38,552 bases of DNA from Deltaproteobacteria bacterium (GTDB lineage: Bacteria; CG2-30-53-67), in the NCBI GenBank assembly GCA_013151235.1, contig JAADIO010000016.1:62001-100552 (forward strand). Reading direction: 5' to 3'. Within the stretch, counting starts at the first letter, position 1; each line of letters starts with the position of its first letter. Below the pieces are notes generated by a model. It saw only the letters and a program-made list of their open reading frames with translations. It did no database searches and had not been told where the DNA came from. The translations under genes were made by a program, and so were the position numbers. Shown one piece after another: positions 24,932-34,007 of the stretch.

Positions 24932-25492
24932 TCATCTCTCTTCTTCGCTGAAGACCTCCGCCCGGAAGATCCAGAAGCGTGTTCCTTCCCGCCAGGCGTC
25001 GGGGGGGAGCCCCGCCTTCATGCAGAGGTGCCGGAGGGTTTCTTCCCTGTCCCACCCCTGTTCCGGAGCGACCTGGGGCAGAAAGACCGCCCGCTTCCCC
25101 TCTTTTTCGAGGATGATCCCCTCTTCGCCGGGATGAAAACCGGAAGGTTCGGCGATCTCCTCCTTCGGGGTCAGTACGGAGATCTCGATTTTTATTCGGT
25201 CCAGTTCTTCCGGGGTTACGGGGAGAAAACGGTAATCCCTGGAGCAGGCGGAGACACTGTTTTCCATGACTGCCTGATAGAGCGGCCGAATCGGTTCAAT
25301 GTAACCGATGCATCCTCGTAGCTGATCTTCTTCTTCGAGGGTGACGAAAACTCCGGCCGGTTCGCGGAGCCGTTCCGTCAGTTCTATTTCCGAAGGAGCG
25401 GAGATACTTTTTTCTCTTGTTCGGACAAAATGTTCCAGGGAAAACCGTGCCAGTCTCAGCAGGGTTGTTCTTTCCGATGCATCCAGATACAT
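24932..25492 (-). CDS. amrA: AMMECR1 family / AmmeMemoRadiSam system protein A
   Basis: GVFVTL, LRGCIG, DYRF, EISVLT, FLPQVA, LCMKAGL. Confidence 0.9.
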   Translation of the reverse strand: MYLDASERTTLLRLARFSLEHFVRTREKSISAPSEIELTERLREPAGVFVTLEEEDQLRGCIGYIEPIRPLYQAVMENSVSACSRDYRFLPVTPEELDRIKIEISVLTPKEEIAEPSGFHPGEEGIILEKEGKRAVFLPQVAPEQGWDREETLRHLCMKAGLPPDAWREGTRFWIFRAEVFSEEER

Positions 25493-25510
25493 GAGTCGGA
25501 TCTTTCCGTT

Positions 25511-26011
25511 TCAGGTCGTTTGTGGAGGATCGTTTTGATCCCTGAAAAAATCTTCCGGCCGCAGTTGTTGAAGTTCGTTTTTAAATTTTTCCACTTCATC
25601 GTCGGTAATCGGCTTCCGGATGACGGGGCATTTGTCCATGACGGCATCGCTCACGAAAATCGGAGCGTCCGTCCGGACGGCCAGGGCGATGGCATCACTC
25701 GGCCGCGAATCGATGGAATAATGCTTTGTGCCGTTCCACAGGTCAATGACGGCATAATAGGTGTTATCCTTCAGGTCGGATACGGTGATCTTTTCCAGAT
25801 GCATGTCAATGGTCCGGATGATATTTGCCAGCAGGTCGTGGGTCATGGGACGGGGCGGTGGTTCGTCCTGGAGTTTGTAGACGATGGCATTTCCTTCATT
25901 GATGCCGATCCAGATCGGAATCAGCCGGGTACCTCCGACCTCTTCCAGGTAAATCACATACTGGGCCGGGATGGGAATCAACATGAGGGAGAAGATCTTG
26001 AACTCTTTCAT
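25511..26011 (-). CDS. Bifunctional nuclease (DUF151) family protein
   Basis: LIPIWIG..EG.AI, PRPMTHDL, IDSRPSDAIALA. Confidence 0.9.
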   Translation of the reverse strand: MKEFKIFSLMLIPIPAQYVIYLEEVGGTRLIPIWIGINEGNAIVYKLQDEPPPRPMTHDLLANIIRTIDMHLEKITVSDLKDNTYYAVIDLWNGTKHYSIDSRPSDAIALAVRTDAPIFVSDAVMDKCPVIRKPITDDEVEKFKNELQQLRPEDFFRDQNDPPQTT

Positions 26012-26168
26012 GGGGAAGCCCCTTCTGGAAATTTCTTTCATCATACCAGAGGGGCTTACGATTTACAAGGGGCGACGGACGTTCGGAAATCAGGGGCCGG
26101 GGGGAGATTGGAACATTAAAAACGATCAAGAGTTAATCGCTTTTCGTTCAAGGCATGCCGAAGGAGGA

Positions 26169-27125
26169 TCAGCCTAAACGGTGTTTCGGAGACGCTCCCG
26201 CTTCTTCCCTGTACAGAATGAGGCGGGTCAGGGTTCGATTGACGGGTGTCGGGATCCCCCGTGTTTCACCACGATGGGCCAGCGCCCCGTTCAAGGCATC
26301 GATTTCGGTCCTCTTCCCGCGTTGGATATCCCGCAGCATGGAGGGGAAGTGGGAAGCCGTGGGAGGGATGAGGCGGGAGAAGAGGATTTCACGATATTCC
26401 TCCGGGGTTTCCCAATCAAGCTCTATTCCCTCCGCATCGGCGACGGCGAAGGCCTCCCGTATTATGTCGTACATCAGTCCCCTCGCGGCTTCCGATTCGA
26501 GGAGCTTCCCGTAGTTGACCCCGAGGACGGCGGCCGGGGCGTTCAATGCGGCGTTATAGAGGACCTTGCCCCAGATGAAGCGTTCAATCTTGCGGACGGC
26601 CCGGCAGGGGATTCCCGCACGGTCGATTGACCGGGCGATCTCCTCCGCCCGGTCAAAGGGAAAGGCGCTTTCCCGGACCGGGCCTATGGCCACGGCGTCG
26701 GCAATGACCGTGACCCTGACCGTCCCCGGTGCGGGGGTTTCCGCACCGAAGATGACCCGTCCGCCCAGGGTACGGTCGGCGCCGACGGTTTCGGCGATCG
26801 TCTCGATGTTCCCCAGTCCGTTCTGGAGGGAAAGGACCGGCGTTCTGCCGGCGAGGGCGCGGATCTCCTCCATGGCGGCTGCCGTCTGGTAGGACTTTAC
26901 GGTCAGGAGGATGATGTCGAAGGAGTTCTCCTTCGGAAACGTAGTCAAGGCCTTCAGGTTCCGGACGGTATGATCTCCCCAGATGCCGGTGATCTCGAGT
27001 CCTGCCTTGTTGATGGTTTTCATGTGAGGGGGACGCCCGACGAGGGTGACTTGGTGCCCGGCACGGGCCAGGAAGCCGCCGAAAACGGATCCGATGGCGC
27101 CGGCGCCCATAACGAGGATTCGCAA
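26169..27125 (-). CDS. panE: 2-dehydropantoate 2-reductase
   Basis: GAGAIG, TVKSYQ, LQNGLG, WGKVLYN, SMLRD...TEIDALNG. Probable TTG start at 27125. Confidence 0.9.
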   Translation of the reverse strand: MRILVMGAGAIGSVFGGFLARAGHQVTLVGRPPHMKTINKAGLEITGIWGDHTVRNLKALTTFPKENSFDIILLTVKSYQTAAAMEEIRALAGRTPVLSLQNGLGNIETIAETVGADRTLGGRVIFGAETPAPGTVRVTVIADAVAIGPVRESAFPFDRAEEIARSIDRAGIPCRAVRKIERFIWGKVLYNAALNAPAAVLGVNYGKLLESEAARGLMYDIIREAFAVADAEGIELDWETPEEYREILFSRLIPPTASHFPSMLRDIQRGKRTEIDALNGALAHRGETRGIPTPVNRTLTRLILYREEAGASPKHRLG

Positions 27126-27206
27126 GATTTCCCCCTTCCTTTCTCGTGGGTGACGGTCTTTCACACGCAGGTGAGAGGTATTTCAAAAGGCGGCGGCCCG
27201 AAGGTT

Positions 27207-27575
27207 TCAGACAAAACGAATTTCTTTCATGGGATAGTGTTTCCGGTTCTTGGTCCAGAGGGCAAATCCGTAAAGCTTCGCTGTTGCGGCAATCAAGGCG
27301 TCGACAGTGTGTATGCCGTTGGACTTTGAATATTTCATCAGATAATGACCGGCCTGCTCGCCGATATCATCAGTGACCGGGACGGAAGTGAAGAGGTTGA
27401 AAAAGGCCGCTGTATTCTTTTCTTCACCCTTCCGGATTCCGGCGTAGACTTCCGCCTTGCTGAGCGGGGAATAGTGAATGAGTTTTCCTTTTTGGTAAAG
27501 TTTTTGCAGCTTGGAGACTATTTCTTTCCTGTTCCTGAGGTAATCTATGATTACATCCGTATCGAGCAAGAGCAT
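27207..27575 (-). CDS. vapC: Type II TA toxin, VapC PIN domain
   Basis: LLDTDVIIDYLR, AEVYAG, DALIAATA, WTKNRKHY. Confidence 0.9.
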   Translation of the reverse strand: MLLLDTDVIIDYLRNRKEIVSKLQKLYQKGKLIHYSPLSKAEVYAGIRKGEEKNTAAFFNLFTSVPVTDDIGEQAGHYLMKYSKSNGIHTVDALIAATAKLYGFALWTKNRKHYPMKEIRFV

Positions 27576-27577
27576 CT

Positions 27578-27814
27578 TTATCCTCTAACGCGGTCATCCT
27601 CCCGGAGTAAACGGACATACTGATCGGTCTCGAAGGTCCGGTCTTCCCAAAGGCCTGCTGCGTCTTTCAGTATTTGAAGTCCTTCCTTCGGGGTTCGAAA
27701 GGTGGTACGGATGGCGTAGCGAATCAGGGCCGAAACGGATTGACGGCGTTTTTCCCCTATTTTTTGCAGGATCTCGAAATCCTCTTCTTCCAGATAGATC
27801 TGCGTCCTTTTCAT
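27578..27814 (-). CDS. CopG/RHH antitoxin (VapB-like)
   Basis: MKRTQIYL...SVSALIRYAI...AAGLWEDR, upstream of the PIN gene. Confidence 0.85.
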   Translation of the reverse strand: MKRTQIYLEEEDFEILQKIGEKRRQSVSALIRYAIRTTFRTPKEGLQILKDAAGLWEDRTFETDQYVRLLREDDRVRG

Positions 27815-27826
27815 TATTCCCTCCGG

Positions 27827-27864
27827 TGATGTATATATAGTACATCATGGAACCGAAATGTCAA
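27827..27864 (-). promoter_or_regulatory. TA promoter with palindromic operator over the -10 box
   Basis: Minus strand TTGACA, 16 nt, TACTAT. Inverted repeat TGATGTA-N7-TACATCA at 27827-27847. Confidence 0.6.
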
Positions 27865-27931
27865 CCCGGAAGTCTAACGCAGACGTAAACGGAAGGAAAC
27901 GGTTTTGTGAAATGTTGAGACCTGACCCTGC

Positions 27932-28858
27932 CTATTGTTCTTCTGAAAGGAATTTCTCCGCGTCCATCGCGGCCTTGCATCCCATCCCGGCAGCAATGAC
28001 CGCCTGCTTGTAGACAGGGTCCGCCACGTCGCCGGCGGCGAAGACACCGGGAACGCTTGTGCGGCTTCCTCCGTGCAGGACGATGTACCCCTGTTTGTCC
28101 AGCTCAACCTGCCCCTCGAAGATCTTCGTGTTCGGTACATGCCCGATGGCGATGAAGACCCCTTCGCAGGGAAGGTCCGAGACCTCGCCGGTCTTGACGT
28201 TCTTCAGGCGTACGCCGGTGACCCGTCCTTCCTCTTCGCCTAAGATCTCTTCTACGACGGAGTCCCAGGCGAAGGCGATCTTGTCGTTTCTGAAGACCCG
28301 GTCCTGCATCGCCTTGCTCGCCCGCAGTTCATCGCGCCGATGGATGATCGTGACTTTCGTGGCGAAACGGGTGAGAAAGTCGGCTTCCTCGATGGCGGTG
28401 TCACCGCCTCCGACGACGGCGATCTCCTTGTCCCGGAAGAAAAACCCGTCGCAGGTCGCGCAGGCCGAGACACCCCGCCCCATCATTTTCTGTTCCGAAG
28501 GGATCCCTAAGAAACGGGCCGAGGCGCCGCCGGCGATGATGACCGTCCTTGCGGTAATGACTTCGCTGTTGTCGAGGTGGATCGAAAAGGGATGCTTCGA
28601 GAAATCGACGGATACGACCTGTGCGCCGAGGATCTCCGTCCCGAAACGGACAGCCTGTTTCTTCATCTCCTCCATCAGGGCCGGTCCCATGACGCCGTCC
28701 GGGAAACCGGGGAAATTTTCCACCTCGGTGGTGATGGTCAACTGTCCCCCGGGTTGATGTCCCTCTATGACGAGGGGGGAGAGGCCGCTCCGGGCGTTAT
28801 AGATGGCGGCGGTGAGACCGGCCGGTCCGGACCCTATTATGACGACATTTCTGGGCAT
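27932..28858 (-). CDS. trxB: Thioredoxin-disulfide reductase
   Basis: IGSGPAG, GGQL, CATCDG, GGGDTA, FAAGDV. ATG at 28858 after AGGAGG; the 566-aa track ORF is overextended. Confidence 0.96.
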   Translation of the reverse strand: MPRNVVIIGSGPAGLTAAIYNARSGLSPLVIEGHQPGGQLTITTEVENFPGFPDGVMGPALMEEMKKQAVRFGTEILGAQVVSVDFSKHPFSIHLDNSEVITARTVIIAGGASARFLGIPSEQKMMGRGVSACATCDGFFFRDKEIAVVGGGDTAIEEADFLTRFATKVTIIHRRDELRASKAMQDRVFRNDKIAFAWDSVVEEILGEEEGRVTGVRLKNVKTGEVSDLPCEGVFIAIGHVPNTKIFEGQVELDKQGYIVLHGGSRTSVPGVFAAGDVADPVYKQAVIAAGMGCKAAMDAEKFLSEEQ

Positions 28859-28914
28859 TTCGCACCTCCTTAATTTTCCTGTGTCTCGGGATTCAAGAAC
28901 CCGGATTTTAATCG

Positions 28915-30240
28915 TCATCGCGGGTTTTGTAAAGCCCTTTTCATGACGGCCTGGTTCAGGCGATTTGCCGCCTCTTTGACCTTCCGGTAACCTTCGGGGT
29001 TCCGGCAGCAACAGAGGTGCTTGTTGTGAAGCAGCGGCTCGGTCCGGATCGCCGGATATTTGCGGGCGGTTGTCTCGAAATCGGGGGTCCCCGGAACCGG
29101 GGAATAGGTGGCGAGATAAGAACGTATCCCGGCCTCGTGAACCATGTGCAGGGTCTCGATTACCGCCTCGTCCGGTTGACTCGGCACGCCGTATAGGACG
29201 TAGGCGCCCAATTCCTCCTGGGTGAAACCGGCGGAATGGAGGAGGCGCACGGCCCGCCGGAATGCGTCGTTTGAGACCTTTGCCGATGAATGCTTTTTCT
29301 GGAAGGAGGGACTGCTGCTCTCCAGACCGAGACGGATCGTTTTGAATCCGCTGCGGAAGAGAAGACCGGCTGTCTTTTTCGTGACCGCCCCGGCGTGGAT
29401 TGCGTTTGGAAGATGAAATCGCAGATTGAGCCCTGTCCGTATGATCCCCTCCAGGATCGGGTGGAGATGGGTCCCGACCCGGACCAGGAGGGCGTCGTCG
29501 AAGAAGGCGAAGTCCCGCACCTTGTGTTGTTTCACGTAGTCTGTAATGGCCGCGACGACCTTGTCGGGGTCTTCCTGTACAAACCGGGGGTAGAGCCGGG
29601 AAACAGCGCAGTAACTGCAGGCAAAAGGGCATCCCCGCGAGGTAATCAGGGGGATGCTGCGCACTTGTTCGTAGAAGGAGAAATCGGGAAAGGGGAGAAG
29701 AGCCGGCAGTGGACCGCTCCGGAGGATTCCCTGCAGCCTTGCCAGGATGTGTTCAGAATCTTTTTCGGGGAAGAAGAGATCGGCGCCCGAGTATTGCCGG
29801 GCATGGTCCGGGCAGAGGGTGACGTAATTGCCTCCCAGCCCGATCGGGACGCCGGGGTGGGTATCGCGGACGATTTCAATCACCCGGTGCGCTCCGGGAT
29901 ACCAGTAGGTCATGAGACAGGTGACGAGAACGAGGTCGGGGCGGCCGAAGCCGGTCAGCTCCGCCCGGAATCTTTCATCGTCCATGCCGAACCGCCTGAA
30001 GGAGCGGGGGATTCCGTGCAGCGGCGGCGGGGAGTCGACCGCCCGGCCGGGGATCTTCCCGGTGGCGAACCGTTTGTCCTGTGCCCCGAGGGCGGCCCGG
30101 TCCACGCAGTCGATCAGTCCGACCTCATGCCCCGCCCGCTTCAGCGCCGTCCCGATCATGAGGAGTCCCAGCGGCTTGATCCAGAAATCGTATGCGGCGA
30201 AGTCCGTGATCCATGGATGAATGAGGAGGATCTTCTTCAT
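28915..30240 (-). CDS. Cobalamin-binding-domain radical SAM protein
   Basis: MKKILLIHPWITDFAAYDFW.KPLGL, TSRGCPFACSYC (CxxxCxxC), FFDDAL, GLES. Confidence 0.87.
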   Translation of the reverse strand: MKKILLIHPWITDFAAYDFWIKPLGLLMIGTALKRAGHEVGLIDCVDRAALGAQDKRFATGKIPGRAVDSPPPLHGIPRSFRRFGMDDERFRAELTGFGRPDLVLVTCLMTYWYPGAHRVIEIVRDTHPGVPIGLGGNYVTLCPDHARQYSGADLFFPEKDSEHILARLQGILRSGPLPALLPFPDFSFYEQVRSIPLITSRGCPFACSYCAVSRLYPRFVQEDPDKVVAAITDYVKQHKVRDFAFFDDALLVRVGTHLHPILEGIIRTGLNLRFHLPNAIHAGAVTKKTAGLLFRSGFKTIRLGLESSSPSFQKKHSSAKVSNDAFRRAVRLLHSAGFTQEELGAYVLYGVPSQPDEAVIETLHMVHEAGIRSYLATYSPVPGTPDFETTARKYPAIRTEPLLHNKHLCCCRNPEGYRKVKEAANRLNQAVMKRALQNPR

Positions 30241-30355
30241 CTTGATTCCTTGCGGCCCTTCCGATAAGATGCCGTTGTCTTTCATAGGTGATTCCCGGCA
30301 GGGTCGGGGACCGCCTGTGCAAAACAGTGTAGAACGATCGATCAGGAGAATCAAC

Positions 30356-30907
30356 ATGGGAGTGCCGAAAGATCCGGGTCCGGTCATGCTCTTCGCCGGT
30401 ATGCTTTCCGGGGATCCCGGCCTCATGGACGACGTGGAAAAGAACTTGGCAGAGAAGTACGGTGGGATCCATTACCGGAGCGAGGATCTTCCATGGAACT
30501 ATACGACCTATTATCGTAAGGAACTGGGCGAAGGAATACGGCGGCGTTTCATCTTCTTCCGTGACCTGATCGTCCCGGACGAGATTGTCGGGATCAAGCT
30601 CGAAACCAACAGAATAGAGGGGCGTTATCTTCGTGACGAAGGGGGAGAACCCCTCCGGCGGATCAACCTCGATCCCGGTTACCTTGATCCCGCCAAGGTT
30701 GTCCTGGTCTCCACAAAGGATTTCTCACACAGGATCTATCTCGGATCCGGGATCTATGGCGAGCTGACCCTGACCAACATAGGCGGCGTATTCCGGCCGC
30801 TGCCCTATACCTACCCGGACTATCGTGCGGAGGAGACCCTCCGGATTTTCAATTCTATAAGGGGTGATTCGGTTTTGTTGCGCCGGAGAAGCAGGACTTC
30901 CGCCTGA
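30356..30907 (+). CDS. DUF4416 family protein
   Basis: YTTYYRKELG, IKLETN, RRINLDPGY, TKDFSHRIYL, YTYPDY. AGGAG RBS. Confidence 0.8.
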   Translation: MGVPKDPGPVMLFAGMLSGDPGLMDDVEKNLAEKYGGIHYRSEDLPWNYTTYYRKELGEGIRRRFIFFRDLIVPDEIVGIKLETNRIEGRYLRDEGGEPLRRINLDPGYLDPAKVVLVSTKDFSHRIYLGSGIYGELTLTNIGGVFRPLPYTYPDYRAEETLRIFNSIRGDSVLLRRRSRTSA

Positions 30908-31105
30908 ATTGCATTGATTTTTGTCCGGCAATATGCTAATTAACACTTTCATCCAGTCCATTGCCTTGCAGGGGGATAAACGGTTCGGTATATTCCGGTC
31001 GGATTGCCGATCCCACAACTGTTTTGGAATATGCCTGTTCACAATGGATATTAATCGCCGAATCGAAATATAAAGATTTCTCTTTCTATATAGAAAATCA
31101 TACTT

Positions 31106-32257
31106 ATGACTGTAATGAAAGTTCCGCTTCTGGATCTGAAGGAGCAGTATCGTTCCTGCAGGGATGAACTCCTGCCGGAACTGGAGCGGCTCTTCGATTC
31201 TCAGCTCTTCATCCTGGGGCAATCTGTCCGGGAGTTTGAAGATGAGATTGCCTCCTATTGTCATGTGCCCCATGGGATTGGTGTCGCCTCCGGCTCCGAT
31301 GCCCTGCTCCTCTCTCTCATGGCCCTGGAGGCCGGTCCGGGGGATGAGGTCATTACCACCCCCTATACCTTCTTCTCCACGGCAAGTGCAATCACGCGCC
31401 TCGGGGCGCGGCCTGTCTTTGTTGATATCGATCCCGTTACATACAATATCGACCCCGCTGCGATCGAGGATAAGGTCACTTCCAGGACACGGGGCATACT
31501 GCCGGTCCACCTCTACGGCCAGGTGGCAGGGATGGAGCGAATCAGTTCAATTGCGTCGAAGTATCATCTCTTCGTCGTTGAAGATGCCGCACAAGCAATC
31601 GGTGCGGAATACGGAGGGAAACGTGCCGGAGCGTTGGGGGATGCCGGGTGTCTGTCCTTCTTCCCTTCAAAGAACCTGGGTGGTTTCGGAGACGGGGGGA
31701 TGGTCGTGACCGACGATGCGGGACTGGCCGAAAAGATAAGTATCCTCCGCGTCCATGGTATGAAACCGAAATATGTACACAAATATGTCGGGATTAACAG
31801 CCGGCTCGATGCCCTCCAGGCGGTGGTGCTGTCGGTCAAGCTCAAGCGGCTGGATGCCTGCCATGAAGCGCGCCTGAGACATGCCGGGTATTACTTGGAA
31901 CTCTTCAAGAGTGCGGGACTGGTGCGAAGCGGCGATGTCGTGCCGCCGCAGGATCGTCACGGCGGTGATCCCGCCTTCCGTCATGTCTATAACCAGTATG
32001 TGATACGAGCCCGGAAGCGGGATGCCCTCCGAGAGTATCTCTTGCAAGGAGGGGTCGGCACGGAGGTCTACTACCCGATCCCGTTGCACCTACAGGAATG
32101 CTTCGCCGGTCTCGGCTATCGTGAGGGGGACTTTCCCGAGGCGGAGCGGGCGGCGCGGGAGACGCTGGCCCTTCCCGTCTACCCGGAACTGACGGGGGAG
32201 ATGCAGGAATACGTTGTCGAGCGGATCGCCTCATTTTATCGAGGGCGCCGTCCCTGA
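31106..32257 (+). CDS. DegT/DnrJ/EryC1/StrS family PLP sugar aminotransferase
   Basis: [30 protein letters not shown] (PLP Lys present), NSRLDALQA. Confidence 0.93.
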   Translation: MTVMKVPLLDLKEQYRSCRDELLPELERLFDSQLFILGQSVREFEDEIASYCHVPHGIGVASGSDALLLSLMALEAGPGDEVITTPYTFFSTASAITRLGARPVFVDIDPVTYNIDPAAIEDKVTSRTRGILPVHLYGQVAGMERISSIASKYHLFVVEDAAQAIGAEYGGKRAGALGDAGCLSFFPSKNLGGFGDGGMVVTDDAGLAEKISILRVHGMKPKYVHKYVGINSRLDALQAVVLSVKLKRLDACHEARLRHAGYYLELFKSAGLVRSGDVVPPQDRHGGDPAFRHVYNQYVIRARKRDALREYLLQGGVGTEVYYPIPLHLQECFAGLGYREGDFPEAERAARETLALPVYPELTGEMQEYVVERIASFYRGRRP

Positions 32258-32289
32258 CGAAGGGGTAAGATTATTTCCCTTCCGACCTT

Positions 32290-32384
32290 CTCCCCTTTGC
32301 AAAGGGGAGCACGGATATTACTCCCTTTTCCAAAAGGGAGTGCACATATTCCCCCCCTTTTCCAAAGGGGGGCTAGGGGGGATT
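32290..32384. repeat. Three tandem CCCCTTT-N-AAAGGGG hairpins (REP-like)
   Basis: Hairpins at 32290-32309, 32320-32341 and 32352-32372; spacers end in ATATT; period about 31 nt. Confidence 0.75.
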
Positions 32385-32416
32385 CGGACCCCGCCGAACC
32401 ACGTACAGCAGGGGCT

Positions 32417-32441
32417 GTAGCGCCGGGGTTTATCCCCGGCG
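32417..32441 (+). repeat. GTAG-type REP sequence
   Basis: GTAG-CGCCGGGG-TTTAT-CCCCGGCG. Confidence 0.65.
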
Positions 32442-32547
32442 AAGAGAGATCCTCCCGGCGGGGCCGGGGGAGAAGAGCCAAGAGCAGACTTGACCCCTTT
32501 GCGGTGTGTAACCGAGAGGGCGGAGCTGTATCAACCGGCAGGCCGGA

Positions 32548-32970
32548 ATGAAGAGATCACGAATTCGGATACCCCCTGAGTCAGTGTTGCATCGAATCGG
32601 GGAGAAGTACGATCTCAAACTGATTCTCCTGTTCGGTTCTCAGGTTACCGGCAGGGTGCATGAGATGAGCGATATTGATATTGCCGTTCGAACCCGGTCA
32701 GGCAAGGGGGTCAAATTCGCCGATCTCCTCGATCTTACGGCCGATCTTACAGGACTCTTTGAGAAGGATGTGGACCTTTCCGTCCTGGATCATGCCGATC
32801 CGCTCTTCCTCTATAATGTTGTGGAAGGAGCGCGACTTTTGTGCGGAGAAGAGAAGGACTTTGACGCATTACGTTTGAAGGCCTTCAAAAAATACCAGGA
32901 TTTTCGTCCCATTCTTGAACTGGAACGGCAATTTCTCTTGAAGGAATATAACGCGGGAGTAATGCCATGA
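32548..32970 (+). CDS. Minimal nucleotidyltransferase antitoxin (MntA, type VII TA)
   Basis: LFGSQVTG...SDIDIAV (GSX10DXD), VDL. Confidence 0.88.
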   Translation: MKRSRIRIPPESVLHRIGEKYDLKLILLFGSQVTGRVHEMSDIDIAVRTRSGKGVKFADLLDLTADLTGLFEKDVDLSVLDHADPLFLYNVVEGARLLCGEEKDFDALRLKAFKKYQDFRPILELERQFLLKEYNAGVMP

Positions 32971-33416
32971 TTGATCCGGCAATGGTGCACCGGAAGCTTT
33001 CTCTGATTACCACGGACCTGAAGAGATTAAAGGATCTGGTCGCGAGAACCCGGGAGGCGCTTCTTTCGGACGAAATTGGTCTGGCCGCTGCAGAACGTTA
33101 TCTCGAAAGGGTCATCGGCCGGATGATCGATATCAACTATCACCTGATTACCTCGGAAGGGGAACCGCCGCCGAAGGACTATTATCTCTCATTTGTCCAG
33201 TTATCAATAAAACCCGCCATCCTTGACAAGCAATTTGCCGAAGAAATAGCAAACGCCGCGGGTCTTCGTAATCGCATCGTCCACGAGTATGACGATATCG
33301 ATCCCGGCCTCACCATTGAAGGGATGCGTGCGGCCGTGAGGGATATCCCGCTTTATGCCGGAGCGGTTCTGAAATATTTGGAAAAGCGGCGAAAGGATCG
33401 GGATCCGGCTGAATAA
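32967..33416 (+). CDS. HEPN (DUF86) RNase toxin (HepT, type VII TA)
   Basis: GLRNRIVHEYDDID (RX4HXY). ATGA overlap with the MNT gene. Confidence 0.88.
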   Translation: MIDPAMVHRKLSLITTDLKRLKDLVARTREALLSDEIGLAAAERYLERVIGRMIDINYHLITSEGEPPPKDYYLSFVQLSIKPAILDKQFAEEIANAAGLRNRIVHEYDDIDPGLTIEGMRAAVRDIPLYAGAVLKYLEKRRKDRDPAE

Positions 33417-33437
33417 TCATTGACGGGAAAGGGAACG

Positions 33438-34007
33438 ATGCTGACCATTAAGACACCCCTCGACGGTCTGTTGCTGATCGAACCGAAGGTCTTCGGTGAT
33501 GACCGGGGGTTCTTTCTCGAAACCTATGAAAAAAAACGCTATGGCGAAGCCGGTATCTCCGATGAATTTGTCCAGGACAACCTCTCTTTTTCGCAGCATG
33601 GAGTCCTCCGGGGACTCCACTATCAGAAACCGAACAGCCAGGGCAAGCTGGTCTATGTTCTGCGGGGCGAGGTCTTTGACGTGGCCGTCGATATCCGGGC
33701 CGGTTCTCCCACCTTCGGCCAATGGTACGGCGTCACCCTCTCCTCCGAAAACCGTCGGCAGCTATGGGTCCCGGCAGGATTCGCACACGGTTTCTGCGTT
33801 ACCGGGGAGGCGGCACTCTTCGCGTACAAATGCACGGACTATTATGCCCCGCAAAGCGAAGTGACGATCCGCTGGGACGATCCCGCAATCGGTATCGACT
33901 GGCCGGTGAAGGACCCAGTTATCTCGGAGAAGGATGCAAAGGGGATTCTGCTTGGGGAGATGGAAGAATCCCTTCTTTTTCGCGTGCAGGATTTAAGGAG
34001 AAGCTGA
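33438..34007 (+). CDS. rfbC: dTDP-4-dehydrorhamnose 3,5-epimerase
   Basis: FGDDRGFFLE, FVQDN.S.S..GVLRGLHYQ, FAHGF, YKCTDYY. Confidence 0.95.
   Translation: MLTIKTPLDGLLLIEPKVFGDDRGFFLETYEKKRYGEAGISDEFVQDNLSFSQHGVLRGLHYQKPNSQGKLVYVLRGEVFDVAVDIRAGSPTFGQWYGVTLSSENRRQLWVPAGFAHGFCVTGEAALFAYKCTDYYAPQSEVTIRWDDPAIGIDWPVKDPVISEKDAKGILLGEMEESLLFRVQDLRRS

Noticed and set aside
28859..29632. 258-aa N-terminal extension on TrxB (apparent fusion)
   Set aside because: It overlaps the radical SAM gene in another frame, and TrxB has its own AGGAGG RBS at 28858.
24932..30240. Complete AmmeMemoRadiSam system
   Set aside because: Only protein A is present; there is no Memo protein, and the radical SAM here is a B12-binding type rather than AmrS.
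32290..32384. Possible CRISPR array
   Set aside because: Only three diverged units, ~10-nt similar spacers and no cas genes.
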